A stretch of 64,000 nucleotides of DNA from Candidatus Bathyarchaeota archaeon (GTDB taxonomy: Archaea > Thermoproteota > Bathyarchaeia > Bathyarchaeales > Bathycorpusculaceae): the NCBI GenBank assembly GCA_963707955.1, contig OY970176.1, forward strand, positions 960,001-1,024,000. Direction: 5' to 3'. Below the pieces are notes generated by a model. It saw only the letters and a list, made by a program, of their open reading frames with translations. It did no database searches and had not been told where the DNA came from. A program made the translations under genes and the position numbers. Shown piece after piece: positions 48,678 through 58,851 of this stretch (position 1 is its first letter; every line of letters starts with the position of its first letter).

Positions 48678-50165
48678 CTAGCCTTTCACCACTGCCAACG
48701 GGACAAATCTCGCAACTTTCGTGGCTATGCCAACCTTGTCGCTCACTTCGACCACTGTGTCAACATTCTTGTAGGCCGGATCAGCCTCTTCGGCCAGAAC
48801 CGTGGCGCTCGCAGAGCGGACTTGGATGCCGCGTTTCTCCAAGGCTTTCTTGACGTCGCCACCCCAGAAATTGCGTTTTGCAGCACTTCGACTCAACCTG
48901 CGACCAGCACCATGAGCAGTCGAACCGAACGTTAACTGCATAGCCTTCTCTGCACCAACAAGAAGCCAAGAGCTGGTTCCCATGCTTCCAGGAATGAGCA
49001 CAGGCTGTCCTGCGGAGCGATAAGCTGCTGGAACCTCTGCGTGACCAGGTGGAAACGCCCGGGTCGCACCTTTTCTGTGAACCCAAACCTTCTTCTGAAC
49101 TCCGTCGACGTTATGAGTCTCTATCTTCGCAATGTTGTGCGCTACGTCGTAGACGAGTTTCAACCCGAACTTCTCAGGGTCCTCGTTGAAAACTTGCCGA
49201 AAACTCTGGCGAATCCAGTGCAGGATTGTCTGCCTATTGACGAAGGCGTAGTTGACCGCGCATGCCATGGCCTGAAAGTAGTCCTGTGCTTCCTGACTCT
49301 TTCCAGGCGCGCACGCAAGCTCTCTATCGGGCAACAACAGCTTGTATTTCTGAACAGCTCTTTCCATCACTCGAAGGTAATCCGAGCACACCTGATGACC
49401 AAGGCCCCTCGAACCGCAATGAATCATGAGTGTGACCTGCCCTTCATGTTCGATCCCAAAGGTCTTAGCTGTCTTAGCGTCGACGACCTTGTCAACCTTT
49501 TGGATTTCTAGAAAATGGTTTCCAGAACCAAGCGTGCCAATCTGCGTCAGACCTCTGTTCTTCGCGATTGATGACACCTTGTCAGGGTCAGCGTTTTTCA
49601 TGCAGCCGCTTTCCTCACAGTGGTCGGCGTCTTCAGGCCAGCCCAGCCCATGGTCGATAGCCCAGTAGACACCTTCTACTGCAAGCCTGTCCAAATCGTC
49701 TAGCGATACTTTGAAGTCTTTTCTTCGGCTTCCGAGTCCACACGGAACGTTATCAAAGATCGCGTTTGTGAGTTGACTAAGCTTCGGCCTCACGTCTTGT
49801 TCTGAGAGGTTTGTCGTGACAAGGCGAACACCACAGTTAATGTCATAACCTACTCCGCCAGGGCTGATCACGCCTTCTTCGTAGTCCGTTGCCGCAACGC
49901 CGCCGATTGGAAAACCATAACCCTCGTGACCGTCAGGCAAGGTTATAGCGTGCTTATAGATCCCCGGCAGATGGGCCACGTTTACGCATTGCTGGAGTGT
50001 CCTGTCTGTCTGCATCTTCTCCAGCAAGTCTCTGTTAGCGTATACTATGCCCGGAACCCGCATTCCCGACTTGTACTTGGGAATGCGCCACGAGTAATCG
50101 TCTATTTTCTCAAGCGGAACCTTCTCCGTCGGAGCCCGTCCTTCTCCCTCTTCCATTTCTTTCAC
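48678..50165 (-). CDS. rtcB: tRNA-splicing ligase RtcB
   Basis: PDGHEGYGFPIGG, GYDINCG, GSGNHF, HRKGA, PGSMG, HGAGR. Confidence 0.97.
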   Translation of the reverse strand: MKEMEEGEGRAPTEKVPLEKIDDYSWRIPKYKSGMRVPGIVYANRDLLEKMQTDRTLQQCVNVAHLPGIYKHAITLPDGHEGYGFPIGGVAATDYEEGVISPGGVGYDINCGVRLVTTNLSEQDVRPKLSQLTNAIFDNVPCGLGSRRKDFKVSLDDLDRLAVEGVYWAIDHGLGWPEDADHCEESGCMKNADPDKVSSIAKNRGLTQIGTLGSGNHFLEIQKVDKVVDAKTAKTFGIEHEGQVTLMIHCGSRGLGHQVCSDYLRVMERAVQKYKLLLPDRELACAPGKSQEAQDYFQAMACAVNYAFVNRQTILHWIRQSFRQVFNEDPEKFGLKLVYDVAHNIAKIETHNVDGVQKKVWVHRKGATRAFPPGHAEVPAAYRSAGQPVLIPGSMGTSSWLLVGAEKAMQLTFGSTAHGAGRRLSRSAAKRNFWGGDVKKALEKRGIQVRSASATVLAEEADPAYKNVDTVVEVSDKVGIATKVARFVPLAVVKG

Positions 50166-50229
50166 CTACTGCTACAGAAAGGTAATAAAGCGGAAATATA
50201 AACGATTTTACAGAATAGACTGATGAGGG

Positions 50230-51174
50230 CTACTTTGCGGAGACATTGCCATATTTTTCCGCAAACTTCAACGCGCCCTGCACACTGTGGTCAAACACCA
50301 CTCCGCCTAGAACCGGATGAGCTTTGACATATTTCACGGCTTTGCGGACAGATTCGTCGCTCTCAAGAATCTTGTCGCGAATGGCTTCAAAACCTTGCTT
50401 GTTCCGCAGTCCTTGTTCTGCAATGGACACCCAAAGCTTCAGTTGGTTCGCGTACGCTCGCAGCTTCTCAACCGCGCTGATTGCCTTGCCAAAATGACTA
50501 TAATACAGAGCCTTTGGATTAAGACCTATCAGCTTCTCCAAGGAAACCAGTGAGGCGTCCAAGCGGAAAGGCGGAGGTATGGTGGGCACGACAGCGTCGA
50601 TGTCTTTCAAGTAAATGCCGGCAGCGTCTCCTGGGAAGATTCCGCCGCTGAATGTTTCATAATAGCTCTGATGGTGAGAAGCGTGTCCGAGGGTTTCCAC
50701 AACTCTAAGTCTAACGTTGTTTCCAATGTCCACGGTCAAACCTTCTGCGGCTGCGATGATTCGCTCGGCCGGAACAGGCTCAGGCGCACCGTACAGTTCT
50801 GTTATCTCCTTTCCGAGAACTTCGCTTGACTGTTGCCAGAGTTTTTCGGGGTTCACGAGGTGAGAGGCGGCTGCAGGATGTACTATGACCTTTGCTTTCG
50901 GCAAGTTCCTCATGAGGGTTCCGACGCCTCCGCCATGGTCCAAGTGGATATGAGTGACGGCAACATAAGCAACATCTTCCAGTCTGACGTTAAGCTTCTC
51001 TAAGCCAGAAAGCAGGTTGGGCACCGAGGACGTAGGACCGGTTTCAACAATCGCCACCTGCTTTCCCTTTAGAACATAGCTGGCGATGAAATTCTCAAGT
51101 CCGCCTGGCGAAACGTCGACCAGAAATATGTGCTCCTCAAGTCTTGTCACGTTCATTTCAACATGAACCGCCAA
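50230..51174 (-). CDS. metallo-beta-lactamase fold hydrolase
   Basis: THIHLDHGGG, GHASHH, SHFG. Confidence 0.9.
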   Translation of the reverse strand: MAVHVEMNVTRLEEHIFLVDVSPGGLENFIASYVLKGKQVAIVETGPTSSVPNLLSGLEKLNVRLEDVAYVAVTHIHLDHGGGVGTLMRNLPKAKVIVHPAAASHLVNPEKLWQQSSEVLGKEITELYGAPEPVPAERIIAAAEGLTVDIGNNVRLRVVETLGHASHHQSYYETFSGGIFPGDAAGIYLKDIDAVVPTIPPPFRLDASLVSLEKLIGLNPKALYYSHFGKAISAVEKLRAYANQLKLWVSIAEQGLRNKQGFEAIRDKILESDESVRKAVKYVKAHPVLGGVVFDHSVQGALKFAEKYGNVSAK

Positions 51175-51257
51175 GTGTTGGTGAAGTCTTAGCTGCCGCT
51201 AACCGTTTAAACATTTTCCTAGAAGCAGAAAACCTGCAGATTCGAATATGACCCTTA

Positions 51258-51485
51258 CTACTTGCGCAGCTGCTTCTTCTTCTCTCCAGGATCGGGCTCA
51301 GGCTCACCTGCGCCAAGAAGCACTCTGAGCGACCTAACTTCCTCTCTCAGCATGCTTACCTCACTCTCTAGGGCTTTAGCCTTAGAGTCGGCCATCTTCT
51401 TAAGCTCCTCAATCTCCAGCAGAAGATTCTTGCGCTCATTTTCCAAAGTCCTGAGATGCTCTACCATGTTCTTAAGATTGCTCAT
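51258..51485 (-). CDS. small coiled-coil protein
   Basis: Heptad-rich sequence from MSNLK. Confidence 0.65.
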   Translation of the reverse strand: MSNLKNMVEHLRTLENERKNLLLEIEELKKMADSKAKALESEVSMLREEVRSLRVLLGAGEPEPDPGEKKKQLRK

Positions 51486-51572
51486 GAACGTGACTCCTTG
51501 TTCTCCCCGCTCGATACAAACTGATATGACAAATTTAAAGATTTTTGCAGAAGCCACGTTGGTGGAAGCGTT

Positions 51573-52010
51573 CTATATGTCAAGTATGAACCTCAGCGTG
51601 ACCTCGCTGGGGTGCTTGATGATTTCCATCCGATGATAAGTCACAGCTTTAACACCTACCTTCTGTAAGTGTTTGCTTGGGTCGAATTGTTCTCCCCATA
51701 TTCTCGCATTAAGCACGAGCCGATCCTGAATTTGGCCTAGGTGCCAGACTTCGAATTTAGAGTAGAGCATCCCGCTTACGTCAAACTTCACGAGCAAAGC
51801 TTCAAGCCAGTTGTAGAGGAGAGCGAACTCGTCTTCACCGGCCACCTCAACCCTGTCTTCAACATTGGGACTTACCTTTTCAACCTCTGTCATGACGTCA
51901 AACATGGCAAGCGCAGCGTTTTCAAAAGCTTCAGCCAAGTCCTTTCCGTAGGCGGCTATGTAGGCATCTGCCGTGTGTTCTAGAAATTCGAAGCCTTTCT
52001 TCTCAGCCAT
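51573..52010 (-). CDS. archease (RtcB cofactor)
   Basis: EFLEHTAD, VKAVTYH, terminal LDI. Confidence 0.95.
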   Translation of the reverse strand: MAEKKGFEFLEHTADAYIAAYGKDLAEAFENAALAMFDVMTEVEKVSPNVEDRVEVAGEDEFALLYNWLEALLVKFDVSGMLYSKFEVWHLGQIQDRLVLNARIWGEQFDPSKHLQKVGVKAVTYHRMEIIKHPSEVTLRFILDI

Positions 52011-52245
52011 TTCTTCAACCACGAAAATATTGAACGGGTTAATCTAAAAACAGTTTTGCTCACAGCTGAGAGCGATTTACTCACAGACTCTTGGAAGTTT
52101 TTGACACAGACTGGCGAAAAGTAGGTTGCTTCCGACTTGCTCTGAACAGCTTAAACATTGGACAGAACCTTTTCTTCGTTCATCCTTCACACACTGCTGC
52201 TCAGGCCACATTTCTCTTCAAATACTTCATAGAGGGGCTCATTAG

Positions 52246-52716
52246 CTAGCAAGGGCTTTGAGTGAGTTCCAGAAGAATTTCGACAGCTTTTGTGACAAAA
52301 ACTGTGCACTTTTTCTCGAAGGCATTTGTCTTGACAGCTTTGTCCCGCTGCTCGGGAACCGACAGATCAAATCCGATGAGTTCTTTACATAGGACGCTTC
52401 CGTTCTGCGCCTCAAATTGTTCGTAGAATTTCTGAGCAGTCTGGTACGCCTTCAATCGATTTTTCATCAAAGGCTCATTAGTTCCATACATTACACTAAT
52501 GGCCATCACCCCGCCAGTTAAAGCTTCACAGACTGATCCACATCTTCCGATTCCTCCCCCGAAACCGGTTGCAATCTTGGGAACCAATTCGTTCGTTAAA
52601 TTCAAGTGATCCAACATTGTCAGAAGGACACTTTGAGCACAATTGTAGCCTTCTCTGAAATGCTCTGCAGCTTTTTTACCAAGCTCACTTTTGTGATCCA
52701 AGGGTTCGGTACTCAT
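52246..52716 (-). CDS. C-GCAxxG-C-C family redox protein
   Basis: GYNCAQS, GFGGGIG...VCEALTGG, GSVLCKEL; start ATG 52716. Confidence 0.85.
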   Translation of the reverse strand: MSTEPLDHKSELGKKAAEHFREGYNCAQSVLLTMLDHLNLTNELVPKIATGFGGGIGRCGSVCEALTGGVMAISVMYGTNEPLMKNRLKAYQTAQKFYEQFEAQNGSVLCKELIGFDLSVPEQRDKAVKTNAFEKKCTVFVTKAVEILLELTQSPC

Positions 52717-52729
52717 CCTAGAGCTGACG

Positions 52730-53773
52730 CTAAAAGTATTTCGGAACCTTTTGGACAGCGGCAACACAGAGTTTAACAACGTTCTCTGAGTCAGTTAAAC
52801 TGAGCAGCGATGTTGGGCTGTGAATATAGCGTGTTGGAACGGATATGCTGCCACTTGGAACTCCTTCCTTCGCCAAAGATATGCGGCTTGCGTCTGTCCC
52901 GCCTGGCAATCCTGCTTCGAGCTGGTATGGAATCTTGTTTTCCTCCGCCGCATCGACAAGCAGCCTCAACACTTTGGGATGAGTTATAAGCCCATTGTCT
53001 GCAACACTAAGTGACGGCCCCTTGCCAAGCTTCATGGGTGCGTCAGCTTCTTTGACGCCGGGTATGTCTCCGGCTATTGTTACGTCAAGCGCGATACCGA
53101 CGTCAGGGTATATTCCGTAAGCGGATGTCATTGCTCCCCTGCAGCCGACTTCTTCTTGCACTGTTCCGACGGCATACACCGTGCATTCTGTTTTTTCAAG
53201 ACGTTTCATCACTTCAACCATAACCGCGCAACCTATCCGGTCATCGAAGGCCTTGCCTATCACGATGTCTTTTCCAATCTGCGCGAATTTTACGTCAAAC
53301 TCAACGGGGTCTCCGACTTTTACCCCCATTTTCCAAGCTTCTTCTTGGCTTCTTGCCCCGATGTCTATGAACATTTCATCGCTGGCAATGACTCTCTTAC
53401 GTTCGTCTTCTTTCTGTATATGCGGAGGCTTCGATCCTATAATGCCGTGCAGCGGCCCCTTCTCGGTGTAGACCATGACTTTTTGAGCAAGCAGAACGCG
53501 GTCGTCTATCCCGCCTATCTTCATGAATTGCAGAAAGCCCTCTTTCGAAATGGTTTTAACAAGGAGACCTATTTCGTCCATGTGACCAGCAAGCATCACT
53601 CTGGGAGCATTCTTCTTTCCTTCCTTTACGGCTATCACATTCCCAAGCTTATCCTCTTTGATTTCGTCAGAGTAGGGTTTCAAGAACTTCTGAATCAAAC
53701 TTCTAACTTCGTCCTCTCTTCCCGCAACTCCACAAGCGTTTGACAACTTCTCCAACGTTTCAGAAAGCGTCAT
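52730..53773 (-). CDS. M42 family aminopeptidase (TET-like)
   Basis: GHMDEIG, DDRIG, QEEVG, GGTDA, RYIH. Confidence 0.95.
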   Translation of the reverse strand: MTLSETLEKLSNACGVAGREDEVRSLIQKFLKPYSDEIKEDKLGNVIAVKEGKKNAPRVMLAGHMDEIGLLVKTISKEGFLQFMKIGGIDDRVLLAQKVMVYTEKGPLHGIIGSKPPHIQKEDERKRVIASDEMFIDIGARSQEEAWKMGVKVGDPVEFDVKFAQIGKDIVIGKAFDDRIGCAVMVEVMKRLEKTECTVYAVGTVQEEVGCRGAMTSAYGIYPDVGIALDVTIAGDIPGVKEADAPMKLGKGPSLSVADNGLITHPKVLRLLVDAAEENKIPYQLEAGLPGGTDASRISLAKEGVPSGSISVPTRYIHSPTSLLSLTDSENVVKLCVAAVQKVPKYF

Positions 53774-54052
53774 TGCGAATCCTCTTGAAGACCAAACAGT
53801 CTCTGCTGTTTCATATTAAACAATTGCGGTAACTCTTCCCCGCAAAAAGAAAAAAGTCAAACAGAAGCAGCCCAAGAAAATTGCATAGCAAAAATTCCTG
53901 TACCAATTCTGGCGCCTAGAATTGCGGTTCAATGCCCTAGGACTGAAAAAATGACCACTGAGCTTTCTTTGCGTGATTAAGGTCCACAAATGCCGAAGAC
54001 AACGGCAATTCTTAAACCTCACTTGATTTAACAACTACGTCAAGGTGTCGCT

Positions 54053-55015
54053 TTGCCAGAGTCGCAGTTCAAGAAAGTATTCATCTTTTTTGACACTGAT
54101 AAACATGCAAGCCCCTTTGACATACTGACAACCGTGGATATCTTCCCTGAAGCTGAAATTCTCAAGTACGAAAACGTCACCGTCGAGGACGCTGAAAAAA
54201 TAGTCTATGACACGATATTTCCACGCGGGCCTGAAGGCGCAAAACACACGAAAATCTTCATAAACGGACGCGATTTCAGAATAGCAAACGAGATCCTAGA
54301 GAAAATTGAGAAGTGCATGTTTCCCCCGTTTGAAGTCGCAGTCATAATCGACCCTAGAGGCGCGTACACCACAGCCACCGCAGCGGTCGCAAAAACGTTG
54401 GAACTCTCTCTCGCAAGAGGTCTCGGAGACTTTGACAAGAAAAAGATCACGGTGCTGGCCGGAACAGGACCAGTCGGGCAAACAGCCGCAAGACTCTACG
54501 CGGCTGAAAGAGCCGAGGTAATCGTGACTTCCCGTTCCCTCCAGAAGGCTTGTTCTGTGGCGACCAAAATAAACGAGGAACTTGAAGTTGAAAGAGTTCG
54601 AGGCGTAGAAGCCCAAACCGCCGAAGACGTGGGAAAAGCTATTGAGAACGCTGACATGGTTCTTTCGGCAGGAGCTGCAGGAACAGAACTTCTTCCTCTA
54701 GAAGTGCTCAAAAAATGTGGAAAGAAATGCAGCATTGTGGCGGACATCAACGCTATTCCGCCGTTGGGGGTTGAAGGACTAAATTCTAACGCTGATGGAA
54801 AAGAGATTTTGCCTAACATTTTCGGAATTGGCGGGTTGGCAATTGGGAAACTTAAGAACAAGGTTGAAGCGGCACTTATCAGAAAGGCGGCTGAAGAACC
54901 GAAAGGAATCTTCGACTACAGAATAGCTTACGAAATAGCCAAGAGCACTGTAGCCGCAAAGAAAGAAGAAAAGAAACGAGTAGAAGCCGAAACGCCGAAG
55001 CACTGGCTACCTTAA
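54053..55015 (+). CDS. NAD(P)-dependent methylene-H4MPT dehydrogenase (MtdA/MtdB family)
   Basis: HASPFD, IFPRG, DPRGAYTTA, GTGPVG, DINAIPPLG, GGLAIG.LK. Confidence 0.85.
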   Translation: MPESQFKKVFIFFDTDKHASPFDILTTVDIFPEAEILKYENVTVEDAEKIVYDTIFPRGPEGAKHTKIFINGRDFRIANEILEKIEKCMFPPFEVAVIIDPRGAYTTATAAVAKTLELSLARGLGDFDKKKITVLAGTGPVGQTAARLYAAERAEVIVTSRSLQKACSVATKINEELEVERVRGVEAQTAEDVGKAIENADMVLSAGAAGTELLPLEVLKKCGKKCSIVADINAIPPLGVEGLNSNADGKEILPNIFGIGGLAIGKLKNKVEAALIRKAAEEPKGIFDYRIAYEIAKSTVAAKKEEKKRVEAETPKHWLP

Positions 55016-55063
55016 CGCATCTTATTCGCGAGGGCAAGTTGTACCTTTTGCTAGCACAGAGGT

Positions 55064-55360
55064 TCAGACTTGAAGGCTACCTGTGTTGAACCGTTCTATG
55101 GCACGTTCGAGAGCGTCGACCCATACTGCAAGCTCTGGCTTATTTTCGACAGCAACAACCTTTCCCCTATGGTCAACCGTCATTTCAACGACGTTCTTCA
55201 GGATTATCATCGGCTTCTCGGCCGCCCTTCCATCCTCTCCTCTGCGTGGAACCATGACCAAATCTGCGCCGTCAGCCTTGAGAAAAGTGTTCCTATCTAA
55301 GAAGAAGCCGTTTAAATAGCAATTCCTGAGCTTCACCTTCAAACGGCGCAACTCGCTCAT
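55064..55360 (-). CDS. hypothetical protein
   Basis: 98-aa ORF with ATG and upstream GGAAGG. Confidence 0.55.
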   Translation of the reverse strand: MSELRRLKVKLRNCYLNGFFLDRNTFLKADGADLVMVPRRGEDGRAAEKPMIILKNVVEMTVDHRGKVVAVENKPELAVWVDALERAIERFNTGSLQV

Positions 55361-55507
55361 CCGCGATGCCTTCCACTGGTTTGATAGTTGAAAGGACTCT
55401 TAAGGCTTTGATAATCGAACCGAGCAAAACCTCAAGGGAGAAGCGGACTATTTTTTAGTTTTTGTTTAACCAATTGTTAAATCTCAAAATCGCTTGTAAG
55501 AAAAGAA

Positions 55508-55858
55508 GTGAAGAATCAACGAGAAGGGTTTCTCTATATGAGCATAGAAAGGCAGATTGTTTCATACTTGATGAAGTATGGAAACACTAGAGAAATTGAT
55601 CTGATAAGCTATGGCGTGCAGAATTTTGTCCAACCCCCTGAAAAAATGAAGAAGATAATAGACCGTATGGCTGTCAAGGGCAAGATTCACCGCGTCGTCC
55701 ACAACAAGCTCAAGCCACCTGAAGTATACATAGGCCTAGAAGAGTCTCTTCCTATTCACCCGATGATAGAGGACCAAATCGCCAACGATGAAGCTAGGAG
55801 GATTCTTGAAGAAGCAGCTTCAGTGGCCGAGCATACAAGTGGAGATGGACGTCTATAG
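55508..55858 (+). CDS. hypothetical winged-helix-like protein (ATG at 55538)
   Basis: IVSYLMKYG.TRE.DL...KIIDRM...GKI pattern. Confidence 0.55.
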   Translation: MKNQREGFLYMSIERQIVSYLMKYGNTREIDLISYGVQNFVQPPEKMKKIIDRMAVKGKIHRVVHNKLKPPEVYIGLEESLPIHPMIEDQIANDEARRILEEAASVAEHTSGDGRL

Positions 55859-56023
55859 AGTTTGACGCTTGCACCATGACATTACTGATTCTGCTTCAGA
55901 ACTAGTCAGTTTTGAAAATAGTTATCGCCAACAGGGAACAATGTGAGAGTCTCGGACGCTTTCGCTTAGATGCCTACTTTAATGGCGAATTACCATCTAG
56001 ACCCCCTTTTTCGCGCCGGTCTT

Positions 56024-56317
56024 TCAAGCATGGTGCCGACGCAGGGTCAGAAGAAGTGTTGCTGCTCCGGAAATGCATGCAAACCATGCAAGCCAATAGT
56101 TCGAACCAATGTGATCAAAAGCATCTATGGTGGTTTCGTTGACACCTAGAATTAGGGTAACGAGGCCTACTGCCAACAGGAAGATGTCCAATGTTTTAAG
56201 GGGTTTACCTCCAGACTTCAATGCTACGCTCTCCTTCGTGACAGTGCAACTGTGCCCTGTACAAAATACTGCTATTGAATACATGCTAAAAGGCTTCTCG
56301 CATATACTGTGTTTCAA
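56024..56317 (-). CDS. small membrane protein
   Basis: Two C-terminal hydrophobic segments; start uncertain. Confidence 0.35.
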   Translation of the reverse strand: MKHSICEKPFSMYSIAVFCTGHSCTVTKESVALKSGGKPLKTLDIFLLAVGLVTLILGVNETTIDAFDHIGSNYWLAWFACISGAATLLLTLRRHHA

Positions 56318-56454
56318 AGAGATTTTCGAAGACTGGCTCCTTCAAAGCTCAGCGCGTGCGCTTAGTCCCCCGTAGCTGGTCGCCTTTGAAGTGACGAGCA
56401 CGATACCGCAACCGCTAAAAGTCTCAAGGAAGATGAAGAAGTACTCAAAGCTGG

Positions 56455-57459
56455 GTGAGTATGTCACAGAGCGCGACGGAGCCAAGGTTTACCGCAAGCG
56501 AAAATGAGCTAGAAGTCGTGGAACGTGGAGAAGACTGGTTTAAGGTTAAACATCGCCACACGGGAAACATTTGCACTATAATGGACACATTCGCCGAAAT
56601 GTTTCCGATGTGGGTTGGAAGAGTCTTGATAACAGGCGATACAGAGAAGTGGGCTCTGGCGGCGGCCACGAACGCAACCGGCCTAGCGACGAGTGTCATA
56701 ATGTCCCCAGCAGAGGCAGGGATAGAGGGAACGGTTTCTTCAGACAAGACTCCCGACAATCGAGCGGGTGTCTTGATGCAGGTGTACCATAACAACAGGT
56801 TTCAGCTGAAAGCGCAGATGATACTGCGTATAGGTCAATGCGTGATGACGTGTCCAACAGTCTCGGCTTTCGACGCTATGCCAAACGCTAAGAGAAAGCT
56901 AAAGGTTGGTCGGAGCTTAAGGTTGTTCGGCGATGGATTCCAAAGAAAGGGCATGGTTGGAGAAAGGAAGGTCTGGAGAATTCCGGTGATGGAAGGGGAC
57001 TTCATCGTTGAAGACAAGTTTGGAGTTGCACAGGCTACGGCGGGCGGCAACTTTCTGATAATGTCAACAAACAAGTCCTCAGGACTTGAGGCCGCGGAAG
57101 AGGCAGCAAAAGCAATCAAGGCCAGGCCAAACGAGGTGATCTTGCCTTTTCCAGGCGGAATCTGCCGCTCAGGTTCCAAAGCCGGCTCGCTCAAGTACAA
57201 GCTTAAGGCATCGACAAACCATCCCTTCTGTCCAAGATTGAGGACACTTATCGCCGATTCACAGGTGCCTGAAGACGTGAACTGCGTGTACGAGATCGTC
57301 ATTAACGGTTTAACGTTGGAAGCTGTTAAGAAGGCCATGGGAGACGGCGTTAAGGCCGCTACGAGCGTGCCCGGCGTTGTGAAGATCTCAGCGGGCAACT
57401 ACGGAGGCAAGCTTGGCCCGTACAAGGCATTCTTGAAAGAAGTTTTAGAAGTGGCCTGA
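56455..57459 (+). CDS. ftr: formylmethanofuran--H4MPT N-formyltransferase
   Basis: DTFAEMF, EAGIE, TPD.R.G, RIGQCVMTCPT, FGDG, SAGNYGGKLG. Confidence 0.95.
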   Translation: MSMSQSATEPRFTASENELEVVERGEDWFKVKHRHTGNICTIMDTFAEMFPMWVGRVLITGDTEKWALAAATNATGLATSVIMSPAEAGIEGTVSSDKTPDNRAGVLMQVYHNNRFQLKAQMILRIGQCVMTCPTVSAFDAMPNAKRKLKVGRSLRLFGDGFQRKGMVGERKVWRIPVMEGDFIVEDKFGVAQATAGGNFLIMSTNKSSGLEAAEEAAKAIKARPNEVILPFPGGICRSGSKAGSLKYKLKASTNHPFCPRLRTLIADSQVPEDVNCVYEIVINGLTLEAVKKAMGDGVKAATSVPGVVKISAGNYGGKLGPYKAFLKEVLEVA

Positions 57460-57530
57460 AGTCTGCTCCCAAAATCTTATCTGATGCATTGTAATGTAGG
57501 TTTAAGACAAAAAACGATTTGTGAGAACAG

Positions 57531-58796
57531 TTGAGTACTTCCAAGAAGACTTCTCTGGAACTGTTCAGGCTGAAAAGGACACTGATGACGCTGGCCGACA
57601 AGGAGGGGCGGGGAACCGAGCTTGTTTCACTCTACGTCCCGCCTGGAAAGCAGATAAGCGATGTCATAAACACCCTCAGAGACGAGTACGGAACTGCATC
57701 GAACATAAAGTCAACGACCACGCGCAAGAACGTAATGGAGGCCATCGTGAAGGTTCAACAACGCCTTAAGCTTTTCAAAGAGCCACCCGAAAACGGACTC
57801 GTGATATTCTGCGGAGCAATCCCACAGAACGGCGCGGGCAGCGAGCGAATAGAGACTTACGTGATCGTACCTCCGGAGCCGATACACGTGTACCTTTACA
57901 GGTGTGACGCAAGATTCCACACTGAATACCTGCAGGAAATGCTGAGAGAAAAGGAAACGTACGGCATCCTCCTCGTAGATTCCTCGGGCGCCACGCTTGC
58001 CACGCTGCAGGGCAGAAGACTTGAAATTATCAGGGAATTGACGTCCGGTGTACCGGGAAAAACTCGAGCCGGAGGACAGTCAGCCAGAAGGTACGAAAGA
58101 TTTCGAGAGATGAGGCTTCAAGAGTATTTTACGCGGGTAGGCGAACACGCTAACGAGACGTTTCTGCCTATTGAAAACTTGAAAGGACTGATAATCGGAG
58201 GCCCTGGACCCACGAAATACGACTTCGAAAAGGGAGAATACCTGAACTATATGCTTAAAAACAAGGTCATAGACACGATCGACACTGCTTATGTTGAGGA
58301 GCAGGGAGTAAAAGAAGTTGTTGAAAAAGCTCCTGAAGTGATGCGCAAGGTCCGTTACATCGAGGAGAAGAAGGTGGTCCAACAGTTCCTCTACGAGGTC
58401 GGCCACGACACTGGAAAGATAACCTACGGAGAAGAAGACGTCAGAAGGGCGCTGGAAACAGGTGCTGTTCACATTTTGCTGTTGTCGGAGGGACTGGACA
58501 TGACACGGGTCACATTGAAATGCAGTGCTTGCAGCTACCAGGAGCAGCACACAGTAAAGAACAAGGCTTTTGCAGAGTTTGAACAAAGCCTCATCGGAAA
58601 ACCCTGCCCAAAATGTAAAGCTCCTGCCCTGAACATAGTTGACAGACAAGACCTCATAGACGATTTTGCCAAGCTTGCAGAATACACGAACGCGACGGTA
58701 GAGATAATATCCACAGAAACAGAAGAAGGCCAAATGCTCAAAAACTCTTTCGGCGGAGTAGCCGCAATACTTCGATTCAAGCTTCACGAACAATGA
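57531..58796 (+). CDS. prf1: peptide chain release factor aRF1
   Basis: TASNIKS, YRCD, GGQSARR. Confidence 0.97.
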   Translation: MSTSKKTSLELFRLKRTLMTLADKEGRGTELVSLYVPPGKQISDVINTLRDEYGTASNIKSTTTRKNVMEAIVKVQQRLKLFKEPPENGLVIFCGAIPQNGAGSERIETYVIVPPEPIHVYLYRCDARFHTEYLQEMLREKETYGILLVDSSGATLATLQGRRLEIIRELTSGVPGKTRAGGQSARRYERFREMRLQEYFTRVGEHANETFLPIENLKGLIIGGPGPTKYDFEKGEYLNYMLKNKVIDTIDTAYVEEQGVKEVVEKAPEVMRKVRYIEEKKVVQQFLYEVGHDTGKITYGEEDVRRALETGAVHILLLSEGLDMTRVTLKCSACSYQEQHTVKNKAFAEFEQSLIGKPCPKCKAPALNIVDRQDLIDDFAKLAEYTNATVEIISTETEEGQMLKNSFGGVAAILRFKLHEQ

Positions 58797-58851
58797 GAGC
58801 AAGGAGCGCATCCATCTGCAGTCTTGATCTAATGGGCCCAAAAAAGGATAA

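Noticed and set aside
58080-58841. Long antisense ORF opposite aRF1, and similar shadow ORFs in the track
   Set aside because: They overlap well-supported genes and have no motifs; explained by codon bias.
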